A stretch of DNA of 64,000 nt from Pseudomonadales bacterium (GTDB lineage Bacteria; Patescibacteriota; Microgenomatia; UBA1400; PJMF01): positions 983,272 to 1,047,271 of the forward strand of contig JACKFW010000001.1 of assembly GCA_020632265.1 (NCBI GenBank). The letters are read 5' to 3'. Of the stretch, positions 22,655-30,481 are shown in pieces. The translations under genes were made by a program, and so were the position numbers. Position 1 is the first letter of the stretch, and the number at the start of each line of letters is the position of its first letter. The notes under the pieces were generated by a model. The model saw nothing but the letters and a program-made list of their open reading frames with translations, made no database searches and was not told the origin of the DNA.

Positions 22655-22720
22655 CGGTTCAAATCTTGCAATAGCGGTTCAAATCTTGCATTAGTGGTTC
22701 AAATCTTGCAATAGCGGTTA
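22655..22720 (+). repeat. Tandem direct repeat, 20-bp unit CGGTTCAAATCTTGCA(A/T)TAG, 3 copies plus a partial copy
   Basis: Seen directly between the mnmA start and the truB stop. Confidence 0.8.
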
Positions 22721-22757
22721 AAAAATGTAATTTTAGTTTAATTCTAGACAGGCTAAA

Positions 22758-23528
22758 TTAAATAATGCAATTTCTTTGACTGTAAATACCGTTTCTAGTT
22801 CTCACAATTGAAAATGTCGTGGCCGGTACTCCAATTATTTTAGCAATATCTCTTACTAAAGATCTAATATAAGTTCTCTTGGAAACAACCGCTGATAATT
22901 TTATAATCAATGAACTACGTGTTCCAAGTTTTTTGAAATTTTTGTTCCAATTATTAATGATTATTTCTTGTCTAAAATCTCCATTTACGAGAGAAAGTTT
23001 GTGGTTGATTTTATTAAGTAATTTTTTGTTTTCAATCCAATACGTGTTGATAAGTTTTAAGGAATCAATCTCAATATTATTAGATTTTATCTTAAAATTT
23101 TGTTGTTTTTTTGCCAAATCGAACCCAGATTTTCCTTTTACTCTTTGAGCAGAAAACTTGGGCTGAAGTTGTTTTTGAAAACCAATAAAGGATGGAATTA
23201 TAGATTCTAATTTTATTTTAATTTCTTCCAAGTTTAAATTGAAAGTTATAAGATTTGTTTGAAGTCCTAATAAGTCTAACGAATCAGTACTGACTCCAAA
23301 TAAAATTTCAAATTGATATATTTTTTTCCAATCAGAAAATTCTGCCTTTTTAAATCGATCATCTCCAGTTAAAACCACCACGACACCTTCAGCCATTGGA
23401 TCAAGAGTGCCTGTGTGAGTAGCTTTTAAGTCATTGTTGTTATTTGTTTTTGAAGCAATGAATTCTCCGGTTTTCTTTGCGAGCATGTGTGTGGATTCGC
23501 CTACTTTTTTCCAAACAGGGATAATCAT
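22758..23528 (-). CDS. truB: tRNA pseudouridine(55) synthase TruB
   Basis: HTGTLDPMAEGVVVVLTG catalytic-Asp motif; K.Y.FE..FG..TDS.D..G pattern. Confidence 0.7.
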   Translation of the reverse strand: MIIPVWKKVGESTHMLAKKTGEFIASKTNNNNDLKATHTGTLDPMAEGVVVVLTGDDRFKKAEFSDWKKIYQFEILFGVSTDSLDLLGLQTNLITFNLNLEEIKIKLESIIPSFIGFQKQLQPKFSAQRVKGKSGFDLAKKQQNFKIKSNNIEIDSLKLINTYWIENKKLLNKINHKLSLVNGDFRQEIIINNWNKNFKKLGTRSSLIIKLSAVVSKRTYIRSLVRDIAKIIGVPATTFSIVRTRNGIYSQRNCII

Positions 23529-24493
23529 GATAATTGATCAAAGTTGTTAAAAATTCCGATTTTATTAATTTCTTCAGCATAACTTTGTCTATTCAATGTA
23601 AAAAAACTTGGCAACTTTGGAACAAAGTCTGGGTTCAGACTGTAAGCTAAATCGGCATCTTCTTTTGCTAATTTGCCAAAATAAAGTTTGGTAAGATCGT
23701 AATTATTAGCTCTTAACCAAAGCCAAACATCGACCATACCTTCAAAATACACTAGATCTTTTGAAAATCCACCGGGTTTGCTTGTGTCTCTTAGTCCCCT
23801 TTTTTGTCGAAAAGTTACCGTCCAACATCTGTTGGGGTCATTAATATATTTACTAATTTTTTTAAAGGTTTCAGCAAATGAGTTGCTTTGAGCATATGTT
23901 ACTGCCAGATATCTGATAGCTGAAACATATGCGCTTTTGTGAGAATGTGGAATTATGGCATGCAATGTAGCAAGACCTTCTTCGGTTTTTAAATAATTAG
24001 AAAAACCAAATTGCTTTTTTCTTCTATACCAAGGTTGTTTTTCATAATTGATTTGTCTAATAGCATGCGTACCAATTTCATGGTAAACCATTCCCAATAA
24101 TCCCTCTTTTCTAAAAGTGACTGGTAATTTAAGTTTGATTGTATCTGCGTAAATACTTGTTCTAGAAACGAAAGATGAGGACCAAATAATATTATATTTT
24201 TTGTGAAGTTGATGCATGTTTAAAAATGTTTTGATTGTTTTTTCTGTATATGATTGTGTGATCAGAGGACCTTCCATCATAATTAGATCTTGTTCATTTC
24301 TACCCAAAAATGTTTTTTCTAGAATTTGATTCGCGAGTTGTATATGTTGTAAGCTTGGTTTTCCGTGATTATAAATTTTTTCATCGGAGGTTTCATTTTC
24401 ATATACAAATTGAGGATTATATGAATTATCAATGAAAAATTTCTCCTTTTCTTCATTTAAGTTAATGGGAATTAAATCTGTAATTAAACTCAT
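23525..24493 (-). CDS. DUF1704 'QEGLA-motif' family protein with HExxH zinc-binding motif
   Basis: YHEIGTHAIRQ (HExxH) and EEGLATLHA (QEGLA-like) motifs. The family is annotated as a partner of RimK-like ATP-grasp ligases. Start set at MSLITD (24493); the track ORF extends to 24550. Confidence 0.65.
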   Translation of the reverse strand: MSLITDLIPINLNEEKEKFFIDNSYNPQFVYENETSDEKIYNHGKPSLQHIQLANQILEKTFLGRNEQDLIMMEGPLITQSYTEKTIKTFLNMHQLHKKYNIIWSSSFVSRTSIYADTIKLKLPVTFRKEGLLGMVYHEIGTHAIRQINYEKQPWYRRKKQFGFSNYLKTEEGLATLHAIIPHSHKSAYVSAIRYLAVTYAQSNSFAETFKKISKYINDPNRCWTVTFRQKRGLRDTSKPGGFSKDLVYFEGMVDVWLWLRANNYDLTKLYFGKLAKEDADLAYSLNPDFVPKLPSFFTLNRQSYAEEINKIGIFNNFDQLS

Positions 24494-24497
24494 AACC

Positions 24498-25787
24498 TTA
24501 TTTTTCTTCCACGTCGCCAACCAAGAATCCTTGTAAATCCATTCGACCAAGTTCGATTTTGTGTTTGCTTTTATTTAATTTTTTAATAACTACCATAGCT
24601 GTGTTGAGCTTCTTTCCTTTTAATTTAAACTTAACTTGAACAACTGGAACTTTTCCTTCAATACTTTCTTGTTGTCTCCATAACAAATCATCGATGTCTA
24701 AAATTCCTAAATGATGAGCGTAATTTTCACTTATAGCAGATCGATATCTTCCGGTATTAACAAGTGCTTCTGTATCAAATCCTTTATTTTTGTCATCAAA
24801 AACTGTAATATGAGGTTTGGTTGGAATAACTTTCACTCCATTTTCAATGTCTTTTGTATCTGTAAAATTATGTGCAAATAGTGCTTGTGCAATTTTTACT
24901 CCATGTTTCGCGTCTCTAATTTCTAAACCCTCAATTCTTTCAAGTCTTTTTTTAAGACCTGCTTTATTGCAAAGTTGAATTGAAAGTCCTGGAAAACCAT
25001 TTAATTCTACTATCATTGGACCTTTTGCTTCATGAATGAATAAATCTGCACCCATAAAAATAAATCCTGCTGATTCAGCTGCTTTAACTGCGACTTCTAG
25101 AAGCTGATTCCATTGTGGAATTTGAATCCCAGAAACCTTTTTTCTGGTTCCTGGAAAATGCGTAATGATGCCAGATTTTCCATTAACACCATAAGTTGTG
25201 AGTCCAGTTGCCATATCTATACCTAGGCCGATTGCACCTTGATCTAGATTTGCTTTACCCCTGGATTTTTTGGTTGGAATTCGAGCCATTGCCATTACTG
25301 GGACACTGTTAAATACAATTATTCTAATATCTGGAGTTCCTTTGTACGAGTATTTTAACAAATCTGGGTGAGCTGGGATCATTTCTTCGACGATTGCTTT
25401 ATGGGTGCTACCCCAGGTGCTAAACTCACCATCTAGAATATTGTTTACATGAAGATTTAAATCTTCATCAGTGAGTATTTCCCCTTCAGAACTTTCCCAT
25501 TCAAGTTTGTTGGGTTTTTTATTTAAGATAACAATAATACCTTTTCCAGCACTTCCACTAGCAGGTTTGACTACGAACGGCACTGGAATAGTTTCCCAAT
25601 TAATATTATCTAAATCGTTTATTGATTCAAATGTATGAAAAACTTCTGCAGTTGGGATGTGACATTCGCGCAATAACTCTTTGGTTTTTAATTTTGAAAA
25701 ACCATAGGTTTTAGCAACATAAGGATTTTTTTTTGTGTATTTAAATCGAGCATTCATGCCCAATATATGAGAGGGTTTTATTGCCAT
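24498..25787 (-). CDS. Alpha-L-glutamate ligase-like (RimK-related) ATP-grasp protein
   Basis: ATP-grasp fold pattern: VVKPASGSAGKGI, LIEEMI-like hinge, MGADLFI...GPMIVELNGFPG. Confidence 0.7.
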   Translation of the reverse strand: MAIKPSHILGMNARFKYTKKNPYVAKTYGFSKLKTKELLRECHIPTAEVFHTFESINDLDNINWETIPVPFVVKPASGSAGKGIIVILNKKPNKLEWESSEGEILTDEDLNLHVNNILDGEFSTWGSTHKAIVEEMIPAHPDLLKYSYKGTPDIRIIVFNSVPVMAMARIPTKKSRGKANLDQGAIGLGIDMATGLTTYGVNGKSGIITHFPGTRKKVSGIQIPQWNQLLEVAVKAAESAGFIFMGADLFIHEAKGPMIVELNGFPGLSIQLCNKAGLKKRLERIEGLEIRDAKHGVKIAQALFAHNFTDTKDIENGVKVIPTKPHITVFDDKNKGFDTEALVNTGRYRSAISENYAHHLGILDIDDLLWRQQESIEGKVPVVQVKFKLKGKKLNTAMVVIKKLNKSKHKIELGRMDLQGFLVGDVEEK

Positions 25788-25796
25788 ATTTTTTCC

Positions 25797-26762
25797 CTAC
25801 TCTTCTTCAATAATTGACCTAAATCTTAATCTTTCGCTAACTCTTAGTCCTGCAAATTTACCAATGAGAATATTAATGAGTCCTGGAGCAAGTAATAATA
25901 GTTCAGGTTCTGATAAGGCTAATTTTTGAAGTGGTTCAAATTTAAGCAAAAATCCAGAAATTACTGCCAGGCCAATAGTTTCGATTGTTAATAATAAAGC
26001 CTGACTTTGTTTTGTTTTGGCTTGAGCATCCAAAAAGTTTTCGGCCAAAAGTACCAAAATTAAAATTGGAAAAATATTAACACTTAATAAAGAGATATAT
26101 TTTACAAATGGAGCAAGCATGAGAATCGAGAAAATACCTATGGAAACCATCCAGAGCATTAACGAAGTTCTTGGTAAATATGATAGTTTTGCCTTTTTAA
26201 GAATTTTTCTTGCTCCCATTGCAGTAACTGCAATTACTAAGAAAATAATTAAGCCTTCGATGACACCTGTAGAAACTAAAGCAACTGAAAGAACGGCTGG
26301 AATATAGATTCCAAAACCTCTCAAACCAATAATATGTCTTGATGCAGCAATAACTGAAGCAGCAAGTGGAAATAAAATAATTAGAACAATCACATTTACT
26401 TGTAATCCATTAGAAACTGCTAATCGAATTGAGTGTTGTAAAAAGTTATTCCAATTTAATTGATCAGGTGGATTTTCATCAAGATAAGTTTCAAGTTTTG
26501 TTTTTTGTTTACCACTAGTTTCGGTAATATCTTGATCCTTTTTTTCTTGAATTTTTTCAACCACAGCTGCTGAAGGAGACGCTAGTTTTGTGGAATCTGT
26601 AGCAGAGGCTTCAGTAGTTGCATCATCGGGGATAACTCCAATTTCAGTATTTATTTCAACATTCTCGAGCGATATTGCATGAACTTTTAAATTTACAAGC
26701 AAACTAGTTTTTAAGAAAAAAGCTAATAAAAATAACAAAAATAAATAATAAATATTTTTCAT
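25797..26762 (-). CDS. Signal-peptide plus 7TM membrane protein (third member of the ATP-grasp/QEGLA cassette)
   Basis: N-terminal signal peptide, about 100-aa acidic soluble segment, then 7 predicted TM helices. Gene order matches the conserved three-gene cassette. Confidence 0.5.
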   Translation of the reverse strand: MKNIYYLFLLFLLAFFLKTSLLVNLKVHAISLENVEINTEIGVIPDDATTEASATDSTKLASPSAAVVEKIQEKKDQDITETSGKQKTKLETYLDENPPDQLNWNNFLQHSIRLAVSNGLQVNVIVLIILFPLAASVIAASRHIIGLRGFGIYIPAVLSVALVSTGVIEGLIIFLVIAVTAMGARKILKKAKLSYLPRTSLMLWMVSIGIFSILMLAPFVKYISLLSVNIFPILILVLLAENFLDAQAKTKQSQALLLTIETIGLAVISGFLLKFEPLQKLALSEPELLLLAPGLINILIGKFAGLRVSERLRFRSIIEEE

Positions 26763-26797
26763 ATGTGTATTATACCTTAAATCATTACAGACAAGAA

Positions 26798-26839
26798 ATA
26801 TGCATTTGGAATCAAAAAATATGCATTTGGAATCAAAAA
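26798..26839 (+). repeat. Perfect 21-bp tandem direct repeat ATATGCATTTGGAATCAAAAA x2
   Basis: Seen directly, immediately upstream of the cassette's first gene (minus-strand start 26762). Confidence 0.8.
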
Positions 26840-26846
26840 ATATTTT

Positions 26847-27203
26847 TTAAAGTATTTTCTTGATGATTGAGTGGATGAAGCCAATTAAAAATGAAACAAA
26901 GATTAATGACCAAAATTGGCCCAAATGTGTTCCATAAATTATCATATTTTGAATGTGAAAACCAGGAACAAGATAGGTGCTTAGCCAAAGCAAAAAAACA
27001 TTGATAACACCTGAAAATAATCCCAATGTCACAACATTTACAGGTAAGAATAAAATTTTTAAAATTGGTCTAACCAATGAATATAGAATTGTTAAAACGA
27101 TGCTAGCAATTATTAAACTGAACAGACTATTAAATCCAATTGTTGGGAGAGCCCAGCTTAAAATTGCTAGGGTTATTCCCGTAATAATCACTGCTCTAAA
27201 CAT
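26847..27203 (-). CDS. DUF360 / phage holin family 4_2-like small membrane protein
   Basis: 118 aa, 4 TM segments; block VRPILKILFLPVNVVTLGLFSGVINVFLLWLSTYLVPGFHI matches the family consensus (VRPIL...TLGLF...LWL...VPGFH). Confidence 0.6.
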   Translation of the reverse strand: MFRAVIITGITLAILSWALPTIGFNSLFSLIIASIVLTILYSLVRPILKILFLPVNVVTLGLFSGVINVFLLWLSTYLVPGFHIQNMIIYGTHLGQFWSLIFVSFLIGFIHSIIKKIL

Positions 27204-27235
27204 AAGAATATTATATAGATTTTTTGTAAAATTTT

Positions 27236-28633
27236 CTAGGAGAACATTCCTTTTATTCGGCGTTTTTTGTGTTGATTTTGTGAAAATCTATGAGCTTCAT
27301 TTCTTATTTGCTGAACTAATTTGAGGGAGGGATCGTTTGCGTCTAGTTTAACAATATGATATTGAAGTCCCTTGAGGATCTCTTTTTTGTTATTTTTATC
27401 TTCCCACCTTGTCCAATTAATAATGGGCAGAATAAATCTGTCTGGATTTTTTGCAATTCCAATTATTGGGTTTTGCCAATTCCAGATTTGCAAAATTGTT
27501 CTCACTTGACCTTTGCCTCCATCAACAACAACTAAATTAGGAGCACTCCACTCGGGATGATTTTGTCTCCTGATAATGGCTTCTTTCATCATATGGTAGT
27601 CATTGGGCGTATTTAAAGTTTTAATGTTAAATAATCTATATTGAGAAGAATCGGGTTTCCCGTCAGTGAAGACAACCATTGAAACTGCCGAATTTGTTCC
27701 TTGGGTATTACTAACGTCGTAGCCTTCAATTCTTTTTAAAGGCAGTTTTTTTGGTAAACTAAGATATGTTGAAAGGATTTTTTGTAAATAAATAATTCCA
27801 TCTTCATTAATCTTATTTTTAAGTGCTTGGGTAGTTAGCTCTGGTTTAAGGCGATGAGATTTTTTAGTCACTTCATCGATCATTTTTAATTGATCTCTGA
27901 TGATAGCTGCTTCTTCATATTTTTCTAAGATGATGTTCTTATCCATCATTTTTTTGAGGTTTTTAGAAACTGTTTGTTTTTTTCCTTTTAAAAATAGAAT
28001 TAGCTGCTTAATATTTTTATTATATTTAGTCTGGGTAATTTCATTGATACATGATCCTGGACACAGATCTATATGATAGTAAAAACATGGTCTTGAGCCA
28101 CCATTACACCATGGAAATATTTTTCTAGCAATTTTTAAGACCTCTTGAGTTTTATATGCACTTGGAAATGGACCAAGAATTGTTCCTTTTGGTTTGGCAG
28201 AAATAATTTCTTTTTTTCTAATTGCTATGACTCTAGGAAATTCTTCATCAGTAATATGTATATAAAGCGGACTTTTATCATCTTTAAGTAAGATGTTGAA
28301 ATGTGGCTGATAAGTTCTTATTAACTCTGCTTCAGTAAGCAAAGCTTCTAATTCACTATCTAGAACCTTAAATTTTACTGCGTAGGCTGTAGAAACCATT
28401 TGCTTAATTCTGTTTGAAAGTTGGTTAAAATGGGTATAAGACTTAAGTCGGTTCTTGAGTTTCTTCGCTTTGCCTACGTACAGAACTTTGCCATTTTTGT
28501 TTGAGAACCAATACACTCCCGGTAACAAGGGTGATGACAACAGCACCGATTCCCAAATAAATGATTGCTTGAGGATCTTGGATCTGCTTGATAATTTCTG
28601 GGCCACTTTTAATGGATTGCGTGCTTGATTCAT
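27236..28633 (-). CDS. uvrC: Excinuclease ABC subunit C (short form lacking C-terminal HhH)
   Basis: GIY-YIG (PGVYWFSNKNGKVLYVGKAKKLKNRLKSY), Cys motif CFYYHIDLCPGSC, UVR motif (YEEAAIIRDQL), RNase H-like endonuclease block (EGYDVSNTQGTNSAVSMVVF). The track start overlaps the upstream gene by about 190 nt; the true start may be internal. Confidence 0.8.
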   Translation of the reverse strand: MNQARNPLKVAQKLSSRSKILKQSFIWESVLLSSPLLPGVYWFSNKNGKVLYVGKAKKLKNRLKSYTHFNQLSNRIKQMVSTAYAVKFKVLDSELEALLTEAELIRTYQPHFNILLKDDKSPLYIHITDEEFPRVIAIRKKEIISAKPKGTILGPFPSAYKTQEVLKIARKIFPWCNGGSRPCFYYHIDLCPGSCINEITQTKYNKNIKQLILFLKGKKQTVSKNLKKMMDKNIILEKYEEAAIIRDQLKMIDEVTKKSHRLKPELTTQALKNKINEDGIIYLQKILSTYLSLPKKLPLKRIEGYDVSNTQGTNSAVSMVVFTDGKPDSSQYRLFNIKTLNTPNDYHMMKEAIIRRQNHPEWSAPNLVVVDGGKGQVRTILQIWNWQNPIIGIAKNPDRFILPIINWTRWEDKNNKKEILKGLQYHIVKLDANDPSLKLVQQIRNEAHRFSQNQHKKRRIKGMFS

Positions 28634-30392
28634 ATAATAAATTACCAGTTAACACATCTTTATAGTTTACATTGATTAAAGAATCTTTAGGAATAGAAAT
28701 CTTTTTTGTAAAAAATGTAACATTATATTTGATTGTTTGAAATGGAAGTATTGTTTTAATAATTGTTGAATCATTAAATTCAACATTAACTTCACTATCT
28801 AAAGATGTTATTAATGCCTGCATATCATACCATGCCTGACCTGTATCATTGCGCACGTACATTTCATACATTCCTGGAATTGGAATAAAAAGTAGCTTTT
28901 TTTGTACCATTTTGGTAGAAATTTGAGGTGTAATTTGAGGAAATAGCTCACCAATGCTAACTTCGACATCTTTGGTGTCTTCACTTTGAATTTTATATGA
29001 TCCGGCTGGATGCGGTAAGTTGCTTGATACTCCATTAATTGCAAACACAATATGATTTAAATCAAATTGATGAAAATAATCTATTCCTCCAGTAGTGTCT
29101 CCCCAGGTTGGGTCAATTGGTATCCAAATATTTTTTGTACTATCATAATATTCTGGCCATGAATGCAAAATGTCTCCTTCAAAACTTAGTGGTCTTAAAA
29201 CTGAATTTTCTGTATATGCGTATCCTATTAATCTGCGCGCAGGAATATTATTTGCTCTCGCCATGGCAATGAAAGTATCTGTAAATTCTTGACAAACCGC
29301 CAAATTTGGATTTTCAAATGCTTTGACTGCCCCCAGTCTTGAAATTGTATTTATATCAAGCTCATCTCTGGAATAATTTAGTGTATCGATTATGTAATTG
29401 TAGATTTGTTCAGGAGTTTTGTACTGTTGCGCTTTTTCTATAATTGATGAATCGTTACTTTCCCAAAATTTTAAGCTTTTTGTGTGATCGTTTGATGGAA
29501 TAGAAAATGGAATATTTGGATTAGGATCTAAGGTTATTTTTGCTTCGGCGGTTAAATGAACCACTGTTGCAGCACTTGCTGGGATTGTGTAAGTTGCAAT
29601 CCAATTACCATCTAGATCCTTTTTCATTTCTGTGGGCAAAGGGTCAAGTGCGTGGTAATGCATTTTTTGGAATGGAGTATCTGGAGGCAATGATATTTGC
29701 GCTATTGCCGGTGAGTTAGTGGGATTTTCTAAGCTATATCTTAGTGTCATTTTATAGACTTGCTCTTGACCATAAATTGCAGAAATTGTTTCTCCATTTG
29801 GACGCAGAAAAATTGAAGTTACTCCGTTTGGTTTGAAATCAACACTGAGTGGTTCTGGACTGACTCGAACTGGGATTGAAAAATAGGAAGGAGTTATTAA
29901 TGTCGTTTTATTTTCACTAAAGCTGTGTGCATCACCAAGCTGTGGAATATGAACTTCAAGAACTCTCCCAGCTATTGTTGCAAGATCTGGGTTGTTATAT
30001 TCAATTAAAAAATTTCTTGATTTTCCTTGACCAACAACTTCGTCTTCAAAGGTAATACCGATACTTGTTCCAGTTTCATTAGTTACTATATTTGCTGGAA
30101 TTGTTTTACCACTGGTATTTTTAATTTCAATATTATTAAGACCAAAATAACTGGTTTTTAAAGCATATTGTTTTAGATAAAAAGCTGGGGTGTTGTTTGT
30201 AATTTTAATATTGTGCGAGACTTTAGTCATGCCTTGAAGATCAACAGTATATGTTGAGTTAATTGTAGTGATGAAGTTTTCATTTTCTTGCTGATTGTTA
30301 ATTTCAGTTTGGGCAAAAATTAATTGAGGTTGAGCAACAAAAATGAATGATAAAAAAATAACTAGAATTACTCTAAGTTTAAACATATACAT
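28443..30392 (-). CDS. Secreted, C-terminally membrane-anchored transglutaminase-like protein
   Basis: Signal peptide; transglutaminase-like core Cys (AVCQEFTDTFIAMARANNIPARRLIGYAY), His (HSWPEYY) and Asp (WIPIDPTWGD) blocks; C-terminal TM helix. Confidence 0.7.
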   Translation of the reverse strand: MYMFKLRVILVIFLSFIFVAQPQLIFAQTEINNQQENENFITTINSTYTVDLQGMTKVSHNIKITNNTPAFYLKQYALKTSYFGLNNIEIKNTSGKTIPANIVTNETGTSIGITFEDEVVGQGKSRNFLIEYNNPDLATIAGRVLEVHIPQLGDAHSFSENKTTLITPSYFSIPVRVSPEPLSVDFKPNGVTSIFLRPNGETISAIYGQEQVYKMTLRYSLENPTNSPAIAQISLPPDTPFQKMHYHALDPLPTEMKKDLDGNWIATYTIPASAATVVHLTAEAKITLDPNPNIPFSIPSNDHTKSLKFWESNDSSIIEKAQQYKTPEQIYNYIIDTLNYSRDELDINTISRLGAVKAFENPNLAVCQEFTDTFIAMARANNIPARRLIGYAYTENSVLRPLSFEGDILHSWPEYYDSTKNIWIPIDPTWGDTTGGIDYFHQFDLNHIVFAINGVSSNLPHPAGSYKIQSEDTKDVEVSIGELFPQITPQISTKMVQKKLLFIPIPGMYEMYVRNDTGQAWYDMQALITSLDSEVNVEFNDSTIIKTILPFQTIKYNVTFFTKKISIPKDSLINVNYKDVLTGNLLYESSTQSIKSGPEIIKQIQDPQAIIYLGIGAVVITLVTGSVLVLKQKWQSSVRRQSEETQEPT

Positions 30393-30481
30393 TTATTGTA
30401 ACTGTTTTTGTGATAATTGTGCAGATATCAGTTGAAATATTTAAACGTTTATTTTATTTGAACAAAGTTGGGGGAACGTAA

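Noticed and set aside
22655-22720. Possible CRISPR array
   Set aside because: The 20-bp units are contiguous with no spacers and there are only 3.5 copies. No cas genes in the window. This is a simple tandem repeat.
27236-28633. uvrC as a pseudogene because of its short length and overlap
   Set aside because: All catalytic modules (GIY-YIG, Cys cluster, UVR, RNase H-like endonuclease) are intact and in frame. The short form lacking HhH is more likely genuine.
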